Virus record (IMG/VR): IMGVR_UViG_3300035670_000278
Coordinates: 1 to 53,530 of that record
Strand: one strand, 5' to 3'
DNA from: a virus
Lineage: Duplodnaviria; Caudoviricetes
Length of the DNA: 53,530 nt
Below the pieces are notes generated by a model, which was given only the letters and a program-made list of their open reading frames with translations, was not told where the DNA came from and did no database searches. Each line of letters opens with the position of its first letter. The first letter of the stretch is position 1. Position numbers and translations under genes: made by a program. Positions 1-9,744 of this stretch are shown one piece after another.

Positions 1-3000
1 CAGGTCTCTTATTCAACAAACCTTGACCAAAGAATCCCTTTTCTCTTGCTTCTGCAATAATTCCGCCACGCTGATATCCTGGAACTAAGCCTCCTGAATT
101 ATATCCAGGAATAAGTCCTCCAGAATTACGCATTGCTGGAACTGGCCTGCGAGTAAATGCAGCCATGATAGCTCTTTGAATACTTCTTTGCATTGGAGAT
201 GCCGATCTGCGTGAAGCGGTTAAATCGCTTGCTGTAGGAACAGCAGAACCCCTATATCCTCCACGTTGAGATGCTGTAGATAGTATGCGCTGGAACATAG
301 CCCTTGCTCCGCCTCTTCCGCCAGCGACTGGTGGCAAGAGATCTCTTCCGTACCTTTTTCTTTCAGCATCATTCATAAATGCATTTACTGTTGCTGGAAT
401 AGGAGTTGTTTGATACAAGTACTCTGTTCCTTGTACATCTTGGCCTCCGTATCTTTCAAAATGAGCTCTGTGTGTATATCTAGATCCAGTCATCTGCATT
501 AAATCTAAACCTAATAAGTATTTCTTTGCAGAGGCACTAAATTTATTAGATTTAATAAGTCTTTGTTGTACAGAAGATATTCCTCTATCAAAATTTCCAA
601 AGCTTGGGTCTCTGGTTGCTCCTCTTCCGCCAGGAGTAACCTGTCTAATTGGTTTTCCAGATATACCTAATTCTTCTCTCCAAGAATGAACCTGTTTTAA
701 TAATTGATTTCTACGCTCAGTAAATCTCTTTAAGCTAAATGTTCCATCTCTTCCAGTAGCATATGCAATTGCGTCATCAAAGTCCGCAGTTGCCATCTGA
801 ATGGCAGCATTTGGATCCATTCCCATACCGCTTAAAATTGATGCATCAGATGCAATAGTACCGATTCTTATATTTTCATCATAACCCGCATTTTCAAAAA
901 ATCTTGCAGCAATTTGACTTCTAGTTAAATGATCTCGCTGATTAGTTCCATAATAATTTCTTGGAGTATTTACCATTCCGCCAGCATTCATTCCATTATT
1001 AATAGCCATAAGCAACGGAAGATTTTCAGCAGTTGCCTCTCTATTTACAACGAATTCTCCAGGAGTAAGCATTGCTGGAACTACGTCTGCATTTACATTT
1101 GGACCTGGAACCATAGCCCCAGAAGACATATATACTGGTCCACCAGAATTAAATTTACGTGGACGAGTAGTTTCAATATTATATCCAGCACCAGACGTTC
1201 TAACTCCAAGTGAGCGTGATATCTTATTAATTAGATCCCGTGTCTTGCTCTTTTTAAATAACTCACGCATATTGGATTTACCAGTAGGATCAACAACTGG
1301 CTGATCTAAAGTTGGAACTATTGTTGGATTTATTGTTCTTCCCATTGCTGCTGCTTGTGTTCCAACTGCTTGTCCAATCATTCTTTCAACTTCAAGATTT
1401 AGAGCAATAATCTGTTGACGTGCTTGTTCAACTGTTAATTTACCAGCACGTAATTCAGCAACAATTAATGAAGATTGCTGTGCTGCTTTATCTGTAATGC
1501 CAGAAACAATAGGAAGAATGTCATCAAATTGATTCATAAAGTCTTTGCTTACTACGCCAGTAGTAGCAATTTGTTTCTTTAATTGTTCAATTTCAGCCTT
1601 TGACTGCATTGCAAGAGTTGCCATCATTGAGTGCCATTTAGCTGCTTCTCCTGCTACAACTCCTGTTGAAACTCCGCCAACTGTTGTAACTCCAGGAACT
1701 GGAGGCAATGGCTCGTTCATATAAATCTGAGGAGCATTTCCAATTTTTCTATTTACTGGAATTGCACCTGGGACAAGACCAAATATAGTCTGCTGCATTC
1801 TCTGCTCTGCACTTAAAGCAGATCTTGGAACCATATGCGTAGAAGCACGAGTTCCAATAGCTCCAGCTAATGGATTATTTGGATCTACAACTCTAGGACC
1901 TGCACCCATTACTAAATTGCCAGCCATAGTGCTTACTGCTGGATTTACTGCAAGAGCTCCTGATTTTGCTTTTGCTTCTAATATAGAAAATTCATCAATT
2001 AAATTCTTTAATGCTAGTTGTAATACTGAAGCTGCCTTAGCATCTGAATAGAATGTTTGCTCTACTAATTTACCTGCTTTTTCTGCCGCCAACATTTCTG
2101 GCGTTAAATATTTCCATCCTTCTCCGCCTTTAAAGAATGCCTTCATATGCATTACACCCTTTAGAATATATCCAAAGAAGTTTGCAAGAACACCTGTGAG
2201 CATGATTAATGGACCAGCTAGAGCTGTGAGTGCTCCTAAGAATGTCATAGCTTGTTTTAATGGCTTTGGCAGCCCTTCAAAAAACTTTAATGCTTTATCT
2301 ACAATATTTATAACTGTTGTAGCAATGCTTAAAAATTGATCTCCCAATCCTGCTAAATCTGCTTTTAAGGATTCTATGGCTCTACGATATTTACCAGATG
2401 CAGATTCTGTTACTGCTGCCAACTCTCGACCAGCCACTTGCTCTAAATCTGCAGCGCTTACTTTCATTAAATCTAAAACCTGTAAAGTTTGGCTACCCTG
2501 TCTTCCTAAGTTATTAAGTAGTGCACTAATACGTGCAAATTGAAACTTTCCAAATAGCTGCTCGATAGCCTGTGCTTTTGATAATGGGTCTAGTCTATCT
2601 AATGCAGCCTGTAAATCAAACAATAAATTTGTAGTGTTTCCAGCATTTTTTTGTACCATTCCTAAAATGTCTATGCCGAAATCTGACATAACCCCTACAG
2701 ATTGTTTTGTTGGATTTATAAGAGAAGCTAATCCAGACTTAAGTGCGTTTGCAGACTCTGATGCATTAATTCCGCCTTCTCTCATAGCTGTAAGATATAA
2801 TGCTAAATCTTGAATGTCTCCGCCCAAACTTTTTACAACTGGACCAGCTTTAGGAATTGCCTCAACAAGATCTTGAAGAGTAGTAGAGGTTTGGTTTTCA
2901 ACGGCGTTTAAGAAGTTAATTGAATCAGACAATTCATCTGTGTTTTGTTTAAATGCAGTTTGAATAGCAAGAGTAGCCCTCATTGCTTCTTGTCTATCAA

Positions 3001-3862
3001 CTTCACCAAGAACTGCTAGACGGCTTGTTTCTCTAACTGAATTTAAAAGTTCATTTCCAGTTTTACCAGTAGCAGCAATATCAGCAGCTAAAGAAATTGT
3101 TTCTGTAAAATTAGTTCCAAATGCTGCGGATAATTCTTTAGATGTTGCAATTACTTCGTCACGGACTCTTCCTAATTCTGCTGCTGAAGTTCCAGCTACA
3201 TCTCCATAAACCTTAGTTAATCGGACGAGCTCTTGATCCGCAACTTTAAATGCATCTGCAGCAGCTTTACCGAATGCTGCTATTGGAAGAGTTAAACCAA
3301 CTGTTAGCTGGCGACCTGCCCATTGAGTATTTTTACCCCAGTTAATAAGTTGTCCTGCACCATCTTGAATAACACGATTCATAATCTGTAATTCTTGTTT
3401 TGCGATTGCAGTCTTATTTTTTATTTCATCAAGGCCCCTGGGTATGTGAACATTAAATTGTTGTAGACCTTGAGCATTACGACCTAGTGGTTGAAGTATG
3501 GCATTTTGCATAGCAACTTGCTGTCTAGCAAGATCTCTAATTAATCCACCAGATGTTTTAACATGTCCTTGAAATGTGCTAAAGTAATCTTTAAGCTTTA
3601 GTCTTCCGCCATCTAGATTCTTACCAAATTTTTCTACATCAGAAGTTAAGCTTACAAAGTGTGTTGAATATTGACCAGTGCTTCTAAGGGTATCAGAAAA
3701 GTTACGGTTCATCACCGCAACATTGTTAGCCAACATCTTATTGGAGTTGGCTAATTGTTCTTGGAGTTTAGATAGGCTAGCAGTAACCTTATGCACATCT
3801 GCAATAAGGGCTGAAAAGTCAGCATTAGCGACTATGCGTGTACTGATCGTTTCGTCAGCCAT
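1..3862 (-). CDS. Tail tape measure protein (3' end runs off the window)
   Basis: Not in the ORF track because it is truncated. Manual translation from ATG 3862 (MADETISTRIVANADFS...) is open to base 1. TP901-type core (WGKNTQWAGRQLTVG...LAVLGEVDRQEAM...NAVENQTSTTLQDLVEAIPKAGP), plus the TMP motif VPGPNVNADVVPAMLTPGEFVVN. Lies directly after the tail chaperone. Confidence 0.93.
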   Translation of the reverse strand, partial: MADETISTRIVANADFSALIADVHKVTASLSKLQEQLANSNKMLANNVAVMNRNFSDTLRSTGQYSTHFVSLTSDVEKFGKNLDGGRLKLKDYFSTFQGHVKTSGGLIRDLARQQVAMQNAILQPLGRNAQGLQQFNVHIPRGLDEIKNKTAIAKQELQIMNRVIQDGAGQLINWGKNTQWAGRQLTVGLTLPIAAFGKAAADAFKVADQELVRLTKVYGDVAGTSAAELGRVRDEVIATSKELSAAFGTNFTETISLAADIAATGKTGNELLNSVRETSRLAVLGEVDRQEAMRATLAIQTAFKQNTDELSDSINFLNAVENQTSTTLQDLVEAIPKAGPVVKSLGGDIQDLALYLTAMREGGINASESANALKSGLASLINPTKQSVGVMSDFGIDILGMVQKNAGNTTNLLFDLQAALDRLDPLSKAQAIEQLFGKFQFARISALLNNLGRQGSQTLQVLDLMKVSAADLEQVAGRELAAVTESASGKYRRAIESLKADLAGLGDQFLSIATTVINIVDKALKFFEGLPKPLKQAMTFLGALTALAGPLIMLTGVLANFFGYILKGVMHMKAFFKGGEGWKYLTPEMLAAEKAGKLVEQTFYSDAKAASVLQLALKNLIDEFSILEAKAKSGALAVNPAVSTMAGNLVMGAGPRVVDPNNPLAGAIGTRASTHMVPRSALSAEQRMQQTIFGLVPGAIPVNRKIGNAPQIYMNEPLPPVPGVTTVGGVSTGVVAGEAAKWHSMMATLAMQSKAEIEQLKKQIATTGVVSKDFMNQFDDILPIVSGITDKAAQQSSLIVAELRAGKLTVEQARQQIIALNLEVERMIGQAVGTQAAAMGRTINPTIVPTLDQPVVDPTGKSNMRELFKKSKTRDLINKISRSLGVRTSGAGYNIETTRPRKFNSGGPVYMSSGAMVPGPNVNADVVPAMLTPGEFVVNREATAENLPLLMAINNGMNAGGMVNTPRNYYGTNQRDHLTRSQIAARFFENAGYDENIRIGTIASDASILSGMGMDPNAAIQMATADFDDAIAYATGRDGTFSLKRFTERRNQLLKQVHSWREELGISGKPIRQVTPGGRGATRDPSFGNFDRGISSVQQRLIKSNKFSASAKKYLLGLDLMQMTGSRYTHRAHFERYGGQDVQGTEYLYQTTPIPATVNAFMNDAERKRYGRDLLPPVAGGRGGARAMFQRILSTASQRGGYRGSAVPTASDLTASRRSASPMQRSIQRAIMAAFTRRPVPAMRNSGGLIPGYNSGGLVPGYQRGGIIAEAREKGFFGQGLLNKRP

Positions 3863-3869
3863 TTAGTTA

Positions 3870-4241
3870 TTACTCCTTAAAGTATCCAAGTCCTGCCCCT
3901 ATTCCAAATCCAGCTTCTGCTGCAAATGAACCTTGAAGCGAAACCACATCATTTGCTGTTGCATCAATTCCTGCAGCTCGCAAACGAATGTCGTCAAACT
4001 TGGTACCCCCTTCTTCTGTTTCATATTCACCTATATCTACTCCCTTGAGAGAAGCCTGGAACTTTCTATCGTTATGTTCCTTCTTCTTTATAGCCTCAAG
4101 AGTAGCTATAAGTTCTGGCATTGAAAGGTTTTCTTCTAGTTCCTCGTAATTTTTCCAATGACCTAAAAGAAAAACTTCTCCTTCTAAAGCGGCTAGATCG
4201 AGTTCTGACCAGCCAGAACCGCTGCCGCTAGAAGGTTTGGG
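3870..4241 (-). CDS. Tail assembly chaperone, post-frameshift part (gpGT-like fusion 4531->3870)
   Basis: The -1 frame is open from the slippery site: PSSGSGSGWSELDLAALEGEVFLLGHWKNYEELEENLS then MPELIATLEAI...; this includes track ORF 3870..4121. Confidence 0.8.
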   Translation of the reverse strand, partial: PKPSSGSGSGWSELDLAALEGEVFLLGHWKNYEELEENLSMPELIATLEAIKKKEHNDRKFQASLKGVDIGEYETEEGGTKFDDIRLRAAGIDATANDVVSLQGSFAAEAGFGIGAGLGYFKE

Positions 4242-4531
4242 TCGTCAAGTTTTATTCCTCCGCAGACTTCGAGAATTCGATTCATTGTTGGAACATCTAG
4301 AGCATCCTCTAGCGCTTCACGATCCTTTACCAAATCTGGTAGCTGTTTTTCTAACGCAATTGCACACGCATCAATTAGTATTGTTAGCGTTTCATCTTCA
4401 GTTGTTACATCAGCAGTCTTTTGAATAGCCTGCATGAACTTACGTAGTTCTTTTATAGATAGTGGTTTGAGCTTTATATTTTGCCCATTTTGTAGTTGAA
4501 TTTCTTCTACATTATATACTGTTGTAGCCAA
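4193..4531 (-). CDS. Tail assembly chaperone (gpG-like)
   Basis: 112 aa between tail tube and TMP; KLKPLSIKELRKF motif; GGAGGA SD; slippery heptamer near the 3' end. Confidence 0.85.
   Translation of the reverse strand: MATTVYNVEEIQLQNGQNIKLKPLSIKELRKFMQAIQKTADVTTEDETLTILIDACAIALEKQLPDLVKDREALEDALDVPTMNRILEVCGGIKLDDPNLLAAAVLAGQNSI
4235..4241 (-). promoter_or_regulatory. -1 programmed ribosomal frameshift site C CCA AAC
   Basis: X XXY YYZ heptamer in frame (..GAC CCA AAC..); a -1 shift joins the downstream ORF frame. Confidence 0.8.
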
Positions 4532-4589
4532 TTTATCCTCCTTGGATAGTCTTAATTATTATAACAAATACATATTACTAATACAAGCA

Positions 4590-4614
4590 GAAAGCCCCCG
4601 AAAATTCGGGGGCC
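4590..4614 (-). terminator. Intrinsic terminator after the major tail gene
   Basis: GCCCCCGAA-TT-TTCGGGGGC hairpin followed by TTT on the minus strand. Confidence 0.75.
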
Positions 4615-4634
4615 TCCGACATTTTATTAAATTA

Positions 4635-5357
4635 TTAAGCTACCAATACACGGTCAATAATCTTGCCGTACTCCTGGCCCTCATAACCCGACATAGCGGT
4701 GGGGAGAAGACGGAAGGTTACTGGAAATGTAGTTGGAGTAGAACGTGCCAAAGTAAATTGCGACTGTTGTACTGAGAGAACACGACGTGCATAATATACA
4801 CGCTCTGTCTTTGAAGCTGAAGCGGTTGGTGCTTGACCAACAGCAATTAGCTGACGCTCAGTAGGAGCAATACCAAGGGCACCTGCTGCAATACCGAGTT
4901 CTGATTTTGCTGTTAGGCCAGTTCCTGTTTCAATAATAGTGTTATCTTGTGTGATAGCAGTATTATTTGTTGGATCATCTGGCTGACCGAATACTACTAG
5001 AACGTTCTCTAGTGTGCCTTCGCTCATTTCAGTCATAATCATAACCTCCATCGCAGACTTGAACAGCTTAGCTGTGTCAAGAAGCTGGTCAACGGTTACT
5101 GAATCGTATGTTGGATTATAAGTAATTTGAAGACCGTTATTGGTAAAACCTACGTTTCTGTAATAGAAAGTACCAGAGTCTTTTGCATTAAGGGTATCTG
5201 TGTAAGATGTTCCTGAAACAAAAGCGCTCGCATTGGTAGTACCTGGCTCTGAATTCTCATATGTTGCGTAACCTGCTGTTGTTGAATCGATATTCGAAAC
5301 GAACAATGGGGATGCACCTACGAGAATGTTTTTAGCATTACCTGCATTTTGTGCCAT
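4635..5357 (-). CDS. Major tail (tube) protein
   Basis: 240 aa; GFTNNGLQITYNPTY..VTVDQLLD motif typical of siphovirus tail tubes; strong GGAGGTGG SD; terminator downstream. Confidence 0.88.
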   Translation of the reverse strand: MAQNAGNAKNILVGASPLFVSNIDSTTAGYATYENSEPGTTNASAFVSGTSYTDTLNAKDSGTFYYRNVGFTNNGLQITYNPTYDSVTVDQLLDTAKLFKSAMEVMIMTEMSEGTLENVLVVFGQPDDPTNNTAITQDNTIIETGTGLTAKSELGIAAGALGIAPTERQLIAVGQAPTASASKTERVYYARRVLSVQQSQFTLARSTPTTFPVTFRLLPTAMSGYEGQEYGKIIDRVLVA

Positions 5358-5466
5358 ATCTTTATTTCCACCTCCTGGAATTCTGGATATTAAATTTTAA
5401 TCAAGCTGGCTAGGCTTCTTTCCTCTTGTAGTCTAATTCTAGGCCATAAGGGGTCAAAAGGCAAAC

Positions 5467-5979
5467 TTAGGCAAAACGTCCGACTGAATCGGTAATTCGA
5501 GAATATTTAATCTCAAGTATCACATCTGTAGAGAAAAATCCCTGAAGCTCTTCTGAAGGCTCTGTTGGAGATATGTCTGCAACAAATATGGCATGGAATT
5601 TGAATTTATCTGAAAGTCCTGACCACCAATTTATATCCCTAGCTGATTCGTCCATGCGTCTAAATTGATCTGTCATAAAGTTTCGAATCTCATTTATCTC
5701 AGAAAAGTCAGTTGAATATATGGTAAATAAGATCTGCTCACAGCATATTAGCCAATTATCTTCATAGGACATGCCTATCTTGTCATAGACTATATGCTTC
5801 TTCCCGCTCAAAAATTGATTCATTTCAGCAGTCTGCTGAACTGGAACAATTGGAATTATATTCTCATTTAGATTATCTGACCAATAATCTTCTTCATCAA
5901 ATATATTACGAGTCTTCAATTCATTCCACAGAAATTTACGCAATTCAAGCATTGCATCTAACTTATAGTTTGCTGTCAT
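5467..5979 (-). CDS. Putative tail terminator/completion protein
   Basis: 170 aa, directly upstream of tail tube; assigned by position. Confidence 0.6.
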   Translation of the reverse strand: MTANYKLDAMLELRKFLWNELKTRNIFDEEDYWSDNLNENIIPIVPVQQTAEMNQFLSGKKHIVYDKIGMSYEDNWLICCEQILFTIYSTDFSEINEIRNFMTDQFRRMDESARDINWWSGLSDKFKFHAIFVADISPTEPSEELQGFFSTDVILEIKYSRITDSVGRFA

Positions 5980-6761
5980 AGAGCACCTCCAAATGCTGAT
6001 GCAAGCGAAGCGTCTGCTTGGCTTCTAATTAAATTAGGACTAAAGGAATATTGTACCCTCTTTATATTGGTGGGTAGCCTTAAAGCTTTTGCCATTCCTG
6101 CACCAAATATTCTTTGAATGCCAGATTTTTTGATTGAATTATTAACAAGTTGTCCGCTAAAAAATCTAGAATGGGCTAATGAAAATTGATTCTTTACGCC
6201 AGGTCCGCCTGGTCTTTTTACTGTAACAGATTTTCCTTTAGGCATAAATACTGTTGCTCCGTTTACTTCAAAAACTAATCTATCTGCGTACTTTGGAGAA
6301 ATTGTTAAAGGTTGACCCATTTCCATAATGTTAGCTTTATCAACAAATACATGTCTACGCTTATAGTTTCCTTCTGCTGGAACAAATGATTTAGATGGCT
6401 TAAATGAATAGGCTATTTTAAAAGATAGGCCATCTTGAGATACTAATTTAAGATGAAATAATCTTGCTGTCTTGCTTCCTGCCTGCTTCCATTCATACAC
6501 ATGATGTAGTGATCTTGGCTTACTTCTTGCAAGTGCGTCTATATACTCTCCGAAGTCTTTATCTATCTGTTCAAATATAATCTTTGAAAATTTAGACTGA
6601 AATTGTTTATTTGTAGTTAGTTTAGATATTACGGCAGCATTATAATATACATAAGCTGATACCTGAGCTACTGTAGAATCTTTTAATACGCCGCCCTTGC
6701 TTCCAGCCATTAATCTTTCAAGACCGCTAGAAGCCTGAATTAGCATAGTACTATAATCCAA
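5976..6761 (-). CDS. Putative neck/tail-completion protein
   Basis: 261 aa basic protein (LHHVYEW, KANIMEMG) in the head-tail cluster; ATGA-coupled to the next gene. Confidence 0.55.
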   Translation of the reverse strand: MDYSTMLIQASSGLERLMAGSKGGVLKDSTVAQVSAYVYYNAAVISKLTTNKQFQSKFSKIIFEQIDKDFGEYIDALARSKPRSLHHVYEWKQAGSKTARLFHLKLVSQDGLSFKIAYSFKPSKSFVPAEGNYKRRHVFVDKANIMEMGQPLTISPKYADRLVFEVNGATVFMPKGKSVTVKRPGGPGVKNQFSLAHSRFFSGQLVNNSIKKSGIQRIFGAGMAKALRLPTNIKRVQYSFSPNLIRSQADASLASAFGGAL

Positions 6762-7179
6762 TTTGCTGATTCTCCGATCTCTTCATTGACGAGTTATATC
6801 CAAGCACTCTTCCGAATGGATCAGTAATTGGAGTTGTTCCAATAACTTCAAAAACAGTTGGTGTTTCTGTTGGATAATTTAATTCAGTCCAAATATATAT
6901 ACCTTCTGCATTTCTGATATTAGTAATTTTTTCTCTAGCAGTTAATCGTTCTGCAGTTCTTATTTGTATAACTTGATCGTTTTTATATTTATTATCAAAC
7001 ACCTGCTTGTCGCTCGATCTTGTGGTTGCTGAGTTGCTTATAACACCCTTAGCGTGACAATTTACTGTTCGGTGATAATTCCATTCTTTTTTAAGAGCAC
7101 CAGTATCTGGGTCTTGAATTTCAGACTGTCTATAGACATCCATCTTCATAGACAATACTGCATCTATGATCGCTGACAT
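6751..7179 (-). CDS. Putative head-closure/stopper protein
   Basis: 142 aa, beta-rich (DVYRQ..QDPDTG..KKEW; FEVIGTTPITDPFG); position. Confidence 0.6.
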   Translation of the reverse strand: MSAIIDAVLSMKMDVYRQSEIQDPDTGALKKEWNYHRTVNCHAKGVISNSATTRSSDKQVFDNKYKNDQVIQIRTAERLTAREKITNIRNAEGIYIWTELNYPTETPTVFEVIGTTPITDPFGRVLGYNSSMKRSENQQIGL

Positions 7180-8162
7180 TATATTAACGAGGCTTTATTT
7201 ACAACAAAATCTGCTAATAGCCGATCAGCGTAAGCATTGCCTGTCCCCACAAATACTTCTGGATTATACTCGAATTGCCAATCGAATGTCTGTATATTTT
7301 GAATATATTGATTTTTCCAAACTGTGTCTTTAGAGAAAAAGTCTTTCATTAACTCTATGGTTGCTAGGTCTACTTCTCTAGGAACTTTATTCCAGCCAAA
7401 TTTACCGTGAACTTCATACATAACATTATTTCTAAAAACTCCCTCTGAATCGTTTATGCTTGGAGGAATCATACCGTTTGATGTGTAAACTGTATTGTCT
7501 AACATGTTTGCACGATTTATTCTAACGCCAAAGCTTGTTTCAGAAACTTGTACTGAATACCCCCAATTATTTGTAACTGGGGTTGTTAAGTTGTCAAGAA
7601 GCAGCACATCGTTTACAAATAGTCTGTCTAAGGTATCTATTTTATCTGGTAAAGGTAATGTATCTGATCCAGATCCAAGAATTCTAAATACATCTGGATA
7701 CAAATAGAATCTTTGTCCTGTATAGTCCTCTACTCTTTTACGAGCATACCTTTCAGCTGCCGCCAATTCTCTATATGATTTATAGTTAGGATCTGAAGGA
7801 TCAGTACTGATTCCAAGACACCCGCATGCTTGATACAAGTCTGTATAAGGCGTTACTACAAATACGTCATGCTCATATGATACGAATTGTGATTCTACAT
7901 AGTATTCCCAGGTATATCTGAGTATAAAGTTTGAGCTTGAATATTGCAGAGGTATATATGCAGCGTAAAGACCAATATTGGTTTCATCTCTTTCTGCTGT
8001 AATTGTTATCAATAGCTTATCTAGAGAAGGATCATCTTCTTCTGGATTTTCTGTAATATCAAATACTTTTACTATTGGTAAAGCATCTGCATCTATTACA
8101 TTGCCCTTCCAGAATACCTGATGATAAACTGGGGAGTTGCTATTTTTTAATATCTCTGCCAT
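7179..8162 (-). CDS. Head-to-tail adaptor protein
   Basis: 327 aa; AERYAR..VEDYTGQRF and G.FGW..VP..V..ATIEL motifs of adaptor proteins. Confidence 0.72.
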   Translation of the reverse strand: MAEILKNSNSPVYHQVFWKGNVIDADALPIVKVFDITENPEEDDPSLDKLLITITAERDETNIGLYAAYIPLQYSSSNFILRYTWEYYVESQFVSYEHDVFVVTPYTDLYQACGCLGISTDPSDPNYKSYRELAAAERYARKRVEDYTGQRFYLYPDVFRILGSGSDTLPLPDKIDTLDRLFVNDVLLLDNLTTPVTNNWGYSVQVSETSFGVRINRANMLDNTVYTSNGMIPPSINDSEGVFRNNVMYEVHGKFGWNKVPREVDLATIELMKDFFSKDTVWKNQYIQNIQTFDWQFEYNPEVFVGTGNAYADRLLADFVVNKASLI

Positions 8163-8176
8163 TTAGTAGGCTTAGA

Positions 8177-8575
8177 TTAGTGGTAAAAGTCCTGAACCTC
8201 TTTAGGGGTTGCTAATCTGAAACCTTCCTCCTTATCAAAAATGTTTTGAGCCTGTTCCTTATTCATTGCTACATATGGATGCTCTTTTGTGAATGTGTGA
8301 CCTTGAATGTCATAACGGAAATTATCTCTTTCCATTTTAACAAGGACTGTGTCTTCAGCTAATTCTTTCTTTGGATCTAGTCTTACTGGTACTTCTACTG
8401 ACATGTCGTCTGCCTCTTCTATGTCTTTTACGGTCTTTTGGTATACCGCCCAGGTTACTCCCTCTTCTGAGAGCGCTGCAATAATGTCTGTTTTATTTTT
8501 TAGTCCGTCGATTTCGACTCCGAAATCTTCTGCTATTGTTTTTAATTCAGATACTTTTAATGTCTCAAATGACAT
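8177..8575 (-). CDS. Small acidic protein with Rho-N/HeH-like N-terminal domain
   Basis: LKVSELKTIAEDFGVEIDGLKNKTDIIAAL helix-extension-helix pattern; follows the capsid gene. Confidence 0.6.
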   Translation of the reverse strand: MSFETLKVSELKTIAEDFGVEIDGLKNKTDIIAALSEEGVTWAVYQKTVKDIEEADDMSVEVPVRLDPKKELAEDTVLVKMERDNFRYDIQGHTFTKEHPYVAMNKEQAQNIFDKEEGFRLATPKEVQDFYH

Positions 8576-8627
8576 GTAAATACTCCTTATCTTTGTAAAT
8601 CAATTATAGCACTAAGAAATTTAAATG

Positions 8628-8661
8628 AAAAGCCCCCCAAAAATTAAATTTGGGGGGCTTT
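8628..8661 (-). terminator. Intrinsic terminator after major capsid gene
   Basis: AAAGCCCCCCAAA...TTTGGGGGGCTTT inverted repeat with A/T tails on both sides. Confidence 0.8.
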
Positions 8662-8686
8662 ATTTTGCGGATCTAAATCCTATAAA

Positions 8687-9721
8687 TTAGGAAGCGACCT
8701 TAACGTTCTTTACAACTACCCAAGCATCTGCCTGCTCGATTTGGCATCCGACACGAGTATACATTGTGTACTCGATGGAGTCCTTACGAGGCCAGAAGAA
8801 GCGATATACGGTTACATCACGCTTGATACCAATAACTACGTTATTTGGGAATGTCAAGTGGATATCTCCGTGGCTTCCTGTTGCGCCTGTGTAATCACCA
8901 GTTTGTGTCTCTGGAAGTAGCGGTACTTCAACAATCGGAATACCGAATGCGAATGGCGCTACGAATCCTGCTGGACCACCAAGACCTGGTGTTGTACCAC
9001 GAATAATCGACGAAGCGATATCTTGTGGGTTGTTTGAACCATAGTCTCCGAGAACGGATGAAGAGTACAAGTAATCCTGTACTAGGTTCGATCCTGCTAG
9101 GAAACGTAGGTCTGGACGACGCTGCTTATACTTACGTGGAAGCGCCTTGAGTGCAGAGTTGAATACTGCACGTGATGCTGCTGCACCTGCTGCGTCAACG
9201 ACACGGCCTGTAGCCTTTGACTTAGCCACAATGCCCTGGAATGCTGAAAGCAATCCTGAACCTGTGCCTGTACCATTAAGAACTACATCTTCGATATCGT
9301 TACCAGCCTGTGTTGCCATCAGACGTGCAATATGATCTTCGAGATCAGCACCCTCGATGTTATCTTCGAGAGACTCTGTTGAAAGCTCCCAATCCAAGCG
9401 AAGCTTCTTTGTCGTAAGAGAGATCTTTGAGAATGTGACTGCTGCGTTAGAAGCTGTATCTGTAGCTTCAGTTGCAACTGTCATCAAACGCTCTCCAACA
9501 CCAATACGATCAATTTCTGTGGTGTCTGCTCGCATGCGAACAGTACGTGCCACTTTACCAATTACAGTAGCGTCGAACATGTAGTCGAGGAATCGTGCGG
9601 ACTGCTCAGGATTGAGGAGACCACCTTTGCCTTCGTTACCACGGTGAATGCCTGTGTCGCTAAAAGCGCTACCAGTCATATCTGCTGTTTCTACTGCTTT
9701 TTCTAGTGTTTCATTGCTCAT
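8687..9721 (-). CDS. Major capsid protein (HK97 fold)
   Basis: GGLLNPEQSARFLDYM, KKLRLDWELSTESLEDNIEG, ALKALPRKY motifs. ATG 9721 preferred over GTG 9736, which lies inside the AGGTAGGTGA SD. Confidence 0.92.
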   Translation of the reverse strand: MSNETLEKAVETADMTGSAFSDTGIHRGNEGKGGLLNPEQSARFLDYMFDATVIGKVARTVRMRADTTEIDRIGVGERLMTVATEATDTASNAAVTFSKISLTTKKLRLDWELSTESLEDNIEGADLEDHIARLMATQAGNDIEDVVLNGTGTGSGLLSAFQGIVAKSKATGRVVDAAGAAASRAVFNSALKALPRKYKQRRPDLRFLAGSNLVQDYLYSSSVLGDYGSNNPQDIASSIIRGTTPGLGGPAGFVAPFAFGIPIVEVPLLPETQTGDYTGATGSHGDIHLTFPNNVVIGIKRDVTVYRFFWPRKDSIEYTMYTRVGCQIEQADAWVVVKNVKVAS

Positions 9722-9744
9722 TGTTTTTTGTTTCACCTACCTTT

